Source of the DNA: Thermostichus sp. DRC_bins_24
GTDB taxonomy: Bacteria; Cyanobacteriota; Cyanobacteriia; Thermostichales; Thermostichaceae
Assembly: GCA_039794845.1 (NCBI GenBank)
Contig: JAUQVK010000025.1
Coordinates: 32,001-96,000 of the forward strand
Length of the DNA stretch: 64,000 bases
Reading direction: 5' to 3'
Shown: positions 60,750 to 64,000 of the stretch, piece after piece
Layout: each line of letters opens with the position of its first letter
Numbering within the stretch: position 1 is the stretch's first letter
Notes under the pieces: model-generated
Database searches by the model: none
What the model saw: the letters and a program-made list of their open reading frames with translations, nothing else
What the model was told of the DNA's origin: nothing
Position numbers and translations under genes: made by a program

Positions 60750-61979
60750 TTACTTCACCAGATCAAACACCCCGAACATCGGCAGGTACATGGCCACGAT
60801 AATGCAGCCCACCATGCCCCCCAACACCACGATCATCAAAGGCTCGATCAAACTGGTGAGGGCGCGCACCGCTTCTTCCACTTCCAATTCGTAGAAATCC
60901 GCCGTCTTCATCAACATGGCATCCAGTTCGCCAGTCTCTTCGCCGACGCTGATCATCTGCACCGCCATGATCGGGAAGACCTTCGCCTTGTCCAAGGCCG
61001 GGGCAATCTGTCCCCCTTCAGAAATCGCCTGCCGGGATCCATCGATGGCGTTGGCCACCACCTGGTTGCCCGAGGTATCCCGCACGATCTCCAACGAGGT
61101 AAGCACCGGCACACCGGAGCGGGTGAGGGCTCCAAAGGTGCGACAGAAACGAGCGACCGAAGACTTTTGAATCAGATCCCCAAAAATGGGGAGTTTCAGG
61201 GCCAACGCATCAATGGTTTCTTTGCCGGCGGGAGTGCGATAAAAGCGCTGGTAAGCAAAGAACAACGCCACCAAAAAGCCCACCAAACCCAAGCTGTACT
61301 GGGGGGTGCGCAGAAACTTGCTGATGTTGATAAAAAACTGGGTAAAGGCGGGCAATTCCCCCCCCAAATCATTGTAAATACTTTCAAAAGTCGGCAGAAT
61401 AAACAGCACCATCCCCAAAAAGATGGCTGTGGCCAGAATGGTAACCACCACCGGATAGGTCATGGCAGACTTGATCTGCTTCTGCAAGCGATCCATGTCC
61501 TCCAGCAGCTTGGCCAGACGATTCAGCACTTCGTCCAGAACCCCCCCCACTTCACCCGCCTGCACCATACTGCAGTAGAGGCCATCGAAGGCATCGGGAT
61601 AGGCACGGATGGAATCGGAAAGGTTTTTCCCCGCTTCTACGTCGGAGCGGACAGCCCTGAGGTACTTCTTCAGTTTGGGGTTGCCGGTCTGCTCCTCCAT
61701 GATCGTTAGGGAGCGCACCATCGACACCCCAGAGTTGATCAGGGCGGCAAATTGTCGGGAGAACACGGCCTTGTCGCGGATATCGATGGATCCCAGCATC
61801 GACAGGTCAAAGGAGGATTTATCGAAAGAAAAGAGAGGTTTTTCCTCCTGAATGTCCTCGGGCTTGGCAAAAATGCCCTCTTGGCGCAGCCGAGAGCGAG
61901 CCTCTGTCAAGTTGTTGGCCACTACCGTTCGACGTACAGGTTGACCGGCTTGTAACCCCCGAACTTTGAAGCGCGGCAT
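60750..61979 (-). CDS. pilC: Type IV pilus platform protein
   Basis: FSRQFA, AGEVGG.LD, SAMTYP, GEETGELD.ML, EP, MYLPMF. Confidence 0.96.
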   Translation of the reverse strand: MPRFKVRGLQAGQPVRRTVVANNLTEARSRLRQEGIFAKPEDIQEEKPLFSFDKSSFDLSMLGSIDIRDKAVFSRQFAALINSGVSMVRSLTIMEEQTGNPKLKKYLRAVRSDVEAGKNLSDSIRAYPDAFDGLYCSMVQAGEVGGVLDEVLNRLAKLLEDMDRLQKQIKSAMTYPVVVTILATAIFLGMVLFILPTFESIYNDLGGELPAFTQFFINISKFLRTPQYSLGLVGFLVALFFAYQRFYRTPAGKETIDALALKLPIFGDLIQKSSVARFCRTFGALTRSGVPVLTSLEIVRDTSGNQVVANAIDGSRQAISEGGQIAPALDKAKVFPIMAVQMISVGEETGELDAMLMKTADFYELEVEEAVRALTSLIEPLMIVVLGGMVGCIIVAMYLPMFGVFDLVK

Positions 61980-62143
61980 GGCTCTACCCTCATTAAGCTA
62001 GTTTGGATCGTTCGATGCTGTGGAATGGGATCCCTTGGCTCAGTCCGTAAAGAGGGACAACTCTCTTAGCTAGAGCTTAGCCACAAACTGGGTCTCTCGC
62101 TAGAGACTTGTGAGGAACTCTCGCCCAGGGATCCCCCGGGCTT

Positions 62144-63283
62144 TTAGCGACGCACGGCAACAGCAGCAGGCCGTTGCTGAGCGGCAGCCCCGGCGGAGGG
62201 GCCCCCGGCGGTGTTACCCAGAAGCCGCTGCAGTTCTTCGGGGCGGGAAGTTTTGGACATGGCCGTGTCGAAGTCGATCTTGCCCTCCAGGTAAAGATCC
62301 GCCAGATCCCGCTCCAGGGTCTTCATGCCCTGCTTACCCCCCGTTTGAATGGCAGAGTAGATCTGGGCGGTTTTCCCCTCCCGGATCAGGTTGGCGATGG
62401 CGGGAGTCACAACCATAATCTCTTGCACCAACACCCGTCCGGGCTCTCCCGGTTTGGGGTTGTGGCGGCGGGCCAGGGTTTGGCTGAAGACGGCCCGCAA
62501 GGAGTTGGACAGCTGCACCCGAATCTGCTGCTGTTGCTCCGGCGGAAACACATCCACCAAGCGATCCACAGTTTGGGCCGCCGAGCTGGTGTGAACGGTG
62601 GCAAAGCAGAGGTGGCCGGTTTCGGCGGCGGTAATGGCCAACTGAATGGTTTCCAGATCCCGCATCTCCCCGATTAGGATGACATCGGGATCTTCCCGCA
62701 TCGCCGCCTTGAGGGCATTGGCAAAACTCTTGGTGTCTTCCCCCAGTTGCCGTTGGTGTACGATGCTGCGGATGGGGGTGTAGATGTACTCGATCGGATC
62801 TTCAATGGTGAGAATGTGCTCGGCCCGCTCACGGTTGATCATATCCAGCATCGAGGCCAGGGTGGTGGATTTGCCGGAGCCGGTGGGGCCAGTCACCAGC
62901 ACCAGTCCCCGTGGCAAACGGGCCATCTCTTTACAAATGTCGGGCAATCCCAGCTTGTCGATGTGGGGGATCTCGGCGGCAAGGGCGCGCATGGCACAAG
63001 CATAGGTGCCGCGATCCCGGTAAACGTTCACCCGGAAACGGCCAATCCCCCGCACCCCGTAGGAACAGTCCAACTCCCAGGTTTGTTCCAGGTGCTTGCG
63101 CTGCGTATTGTTAAGCATGCTGAAGATCAGCCGCTGCACTTCCTCTGCCGAAAGGGGGTCATGCTCCGTTGGCTCCAGGCGACCGTTGATGCGGAAGTAG
63201 GGGGGCAGACCCACCGAAATGTGAATATCGGAGCCACCTTTTTGGACGATGGCTTCCATCAAGTCTTCGATCATCAGTTGCAT
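62144..63283 (-). CDS. pilT: Type IV pilus retraction ATPase
   Basis: GPTGSGKST, TIEDPIE, REDPD, GEMRD, AAETGH, AIANLIRE. Confidence 0.97.
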   Translation of the reverse strand: MQLMIEDLMEAIVQKGGSDIHISVGLPPYFRINGRLEPTEHDPLSAEEVQRLIFSMLNNTQRKHLEQTWELDCSYGVRGIGRFRVNVYRDRGTYACAMRALAAEIPHIDKLGLPDICKEMARLPRGLVLVTGPTGSGKSTTLASMLDMINRERAEHILTIEDPIEYIYTPIRSIVHQRQLGEDTKSFANALKAAMREDPDVILIGEMRDLETIQLAITAAETGHLCFATVHTSSAAQTVDRLVDVFPPEQQQQIRVQLSNSLRAVFSQTLARRHNPKPGEPGRVLVQEIMVVTPAIANLIREGKTAQIYSAIQTGGKQGMKTLERDLADLYLEGKIDFDTAMSKTSRPEELQRLLGNTAGGPSAGAAAQQRPAAVAVRR

Positions 63284-63415
63284 AGGGTCGGGGTCTCCAA
63301 AGGTGAGTGGATCCGTTAATCAACAGGGGTCGGTGGCAGCAGCCGTGGCATAGGGGTAACCGTATAGGATCGTTATAGTCGACACCTCGGCATCGTCAAG
63401 CCTCTGGCAGATTTC

Positions 63416-64000
63416 CTAAAACTTCGGGGTCAAGCAATAGGGACAATCCATCCAGTCGATGTGCAGAGCAGCCCCACAGTTACGGCAGGTGCTGAGGGCT
63501 TTGGCACGGGCTTTCAGCTCGCTTTCTAGGCCTTTGTCGGTGAGGGTCACCCGGTCGACCTCCTCCAGGGTGGTGTGGCCCTGTTTCACCAACATCAAAC
63601 TGTAGGCCAGCAGGGTTTTCATGCCAGACTCCACGGCCGCTTCCTTGATCACCTCGGTGGGGGCTTCTTTGTTGATCAACTCGGCAAGGCGGTCGTTCAT
63701 ACGCATAAACTCGTACACGCCGACCCGGCCTTTGTAGCCCACCCCGCCACATTTTTCGCAAATCGGCTTGCCGGTGGCCTTGTGCTGCTCCACCTCTTTT
63801 GGGGAGAGCTTGTTGGCCTTGTAAAAGGTGAGCTGTTCCCCATCGCCGGTCAGGGTGAGGCCGTAGCGGGCCAACTCTTCCGGGCTGGGGTGATAAGGGA
63901 TCCGACAGGCGCTACAAACGCGGCGCATCAACCGCTGGGCCAGTACCCCCAACAACGAGCTGGAGATCATAAAGGGCTCGATCCCCATTTCCGTCAGGCG
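63416..64000 (-). CDS. pilB: Type IV pilus assembly ATPase, 3' part (runs off window)
   Basis: AQRL.RRVC..C, C..CGG.GYKGR.G.YE, cyanobacterial C-terminal CxxC...CPYC; precedes pilT-pilC. Confidence 0.95.
   Translation of the reverse strand, partial: RLTEMGIEPFMISSSLLGVLAQRLMRRVCSACRIPYHPSPEELARYGLTLTGDGEQLTFYKANKLSPKEVEQHKATGKPICEKCGGVGYKGRVGVYEFMRMNDRLAELINKEAPTEVIKEAAVESGMKTLLAYSLMLVKQGHTTLEEVDRVTLTDKGLESELKARAKALSTCRNCGAALHIDWMDCPYCLTPKF

Overview
A 64 kb GC-rich window from a cyanobacterial chromosome. It is saturated with the palindrome GGGATCCC, a HIP1 variant typical of hot-spring Synechococcus/Thermostichus; the lineage is inferred from this and from gene content. Housekeeping genes: fbaA, sufU, clpS, rplU-rpmA, argS, larC, accA, chlP and pilB-pilT-pilC. 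Other recognisable loci: a Pho-box-preceded Tat lipoprotein PhoD, a complete PatA/CheY/CheW/MCP/CheA/CheW taxis operon, an alpha-2-macroglobulin, and a cpcB-cpcA-cpcC-cpcE operon with divergent cpcT. No CRISPR array, rRNA or tRNA was recognised. Best leads: (1) an atypical phycocyanin with beta Asn72 replaced by Pro and an extra Cys73 in a shortened alpha chromophore loop; (2) a secreted pepsin-like lipoprotein with a small partner (DUF3443/DUF2844-like pair); (3) a ~135 bp TA-bounded MITE-like family in four copies upstream of genes; (4) an orphan phage-CI-like S24 repressor with a candidate operator; (5) several proteins with altered key residues: a motif-less cellulose-synthase-like protein, a D-to-E receiver fused to a non-RD kinase, and a Cys-free GAF-MCP; (6) two decayed tnpB elements that keep their right ends. 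All family calls come from motif recognition by eye; no searches were run.
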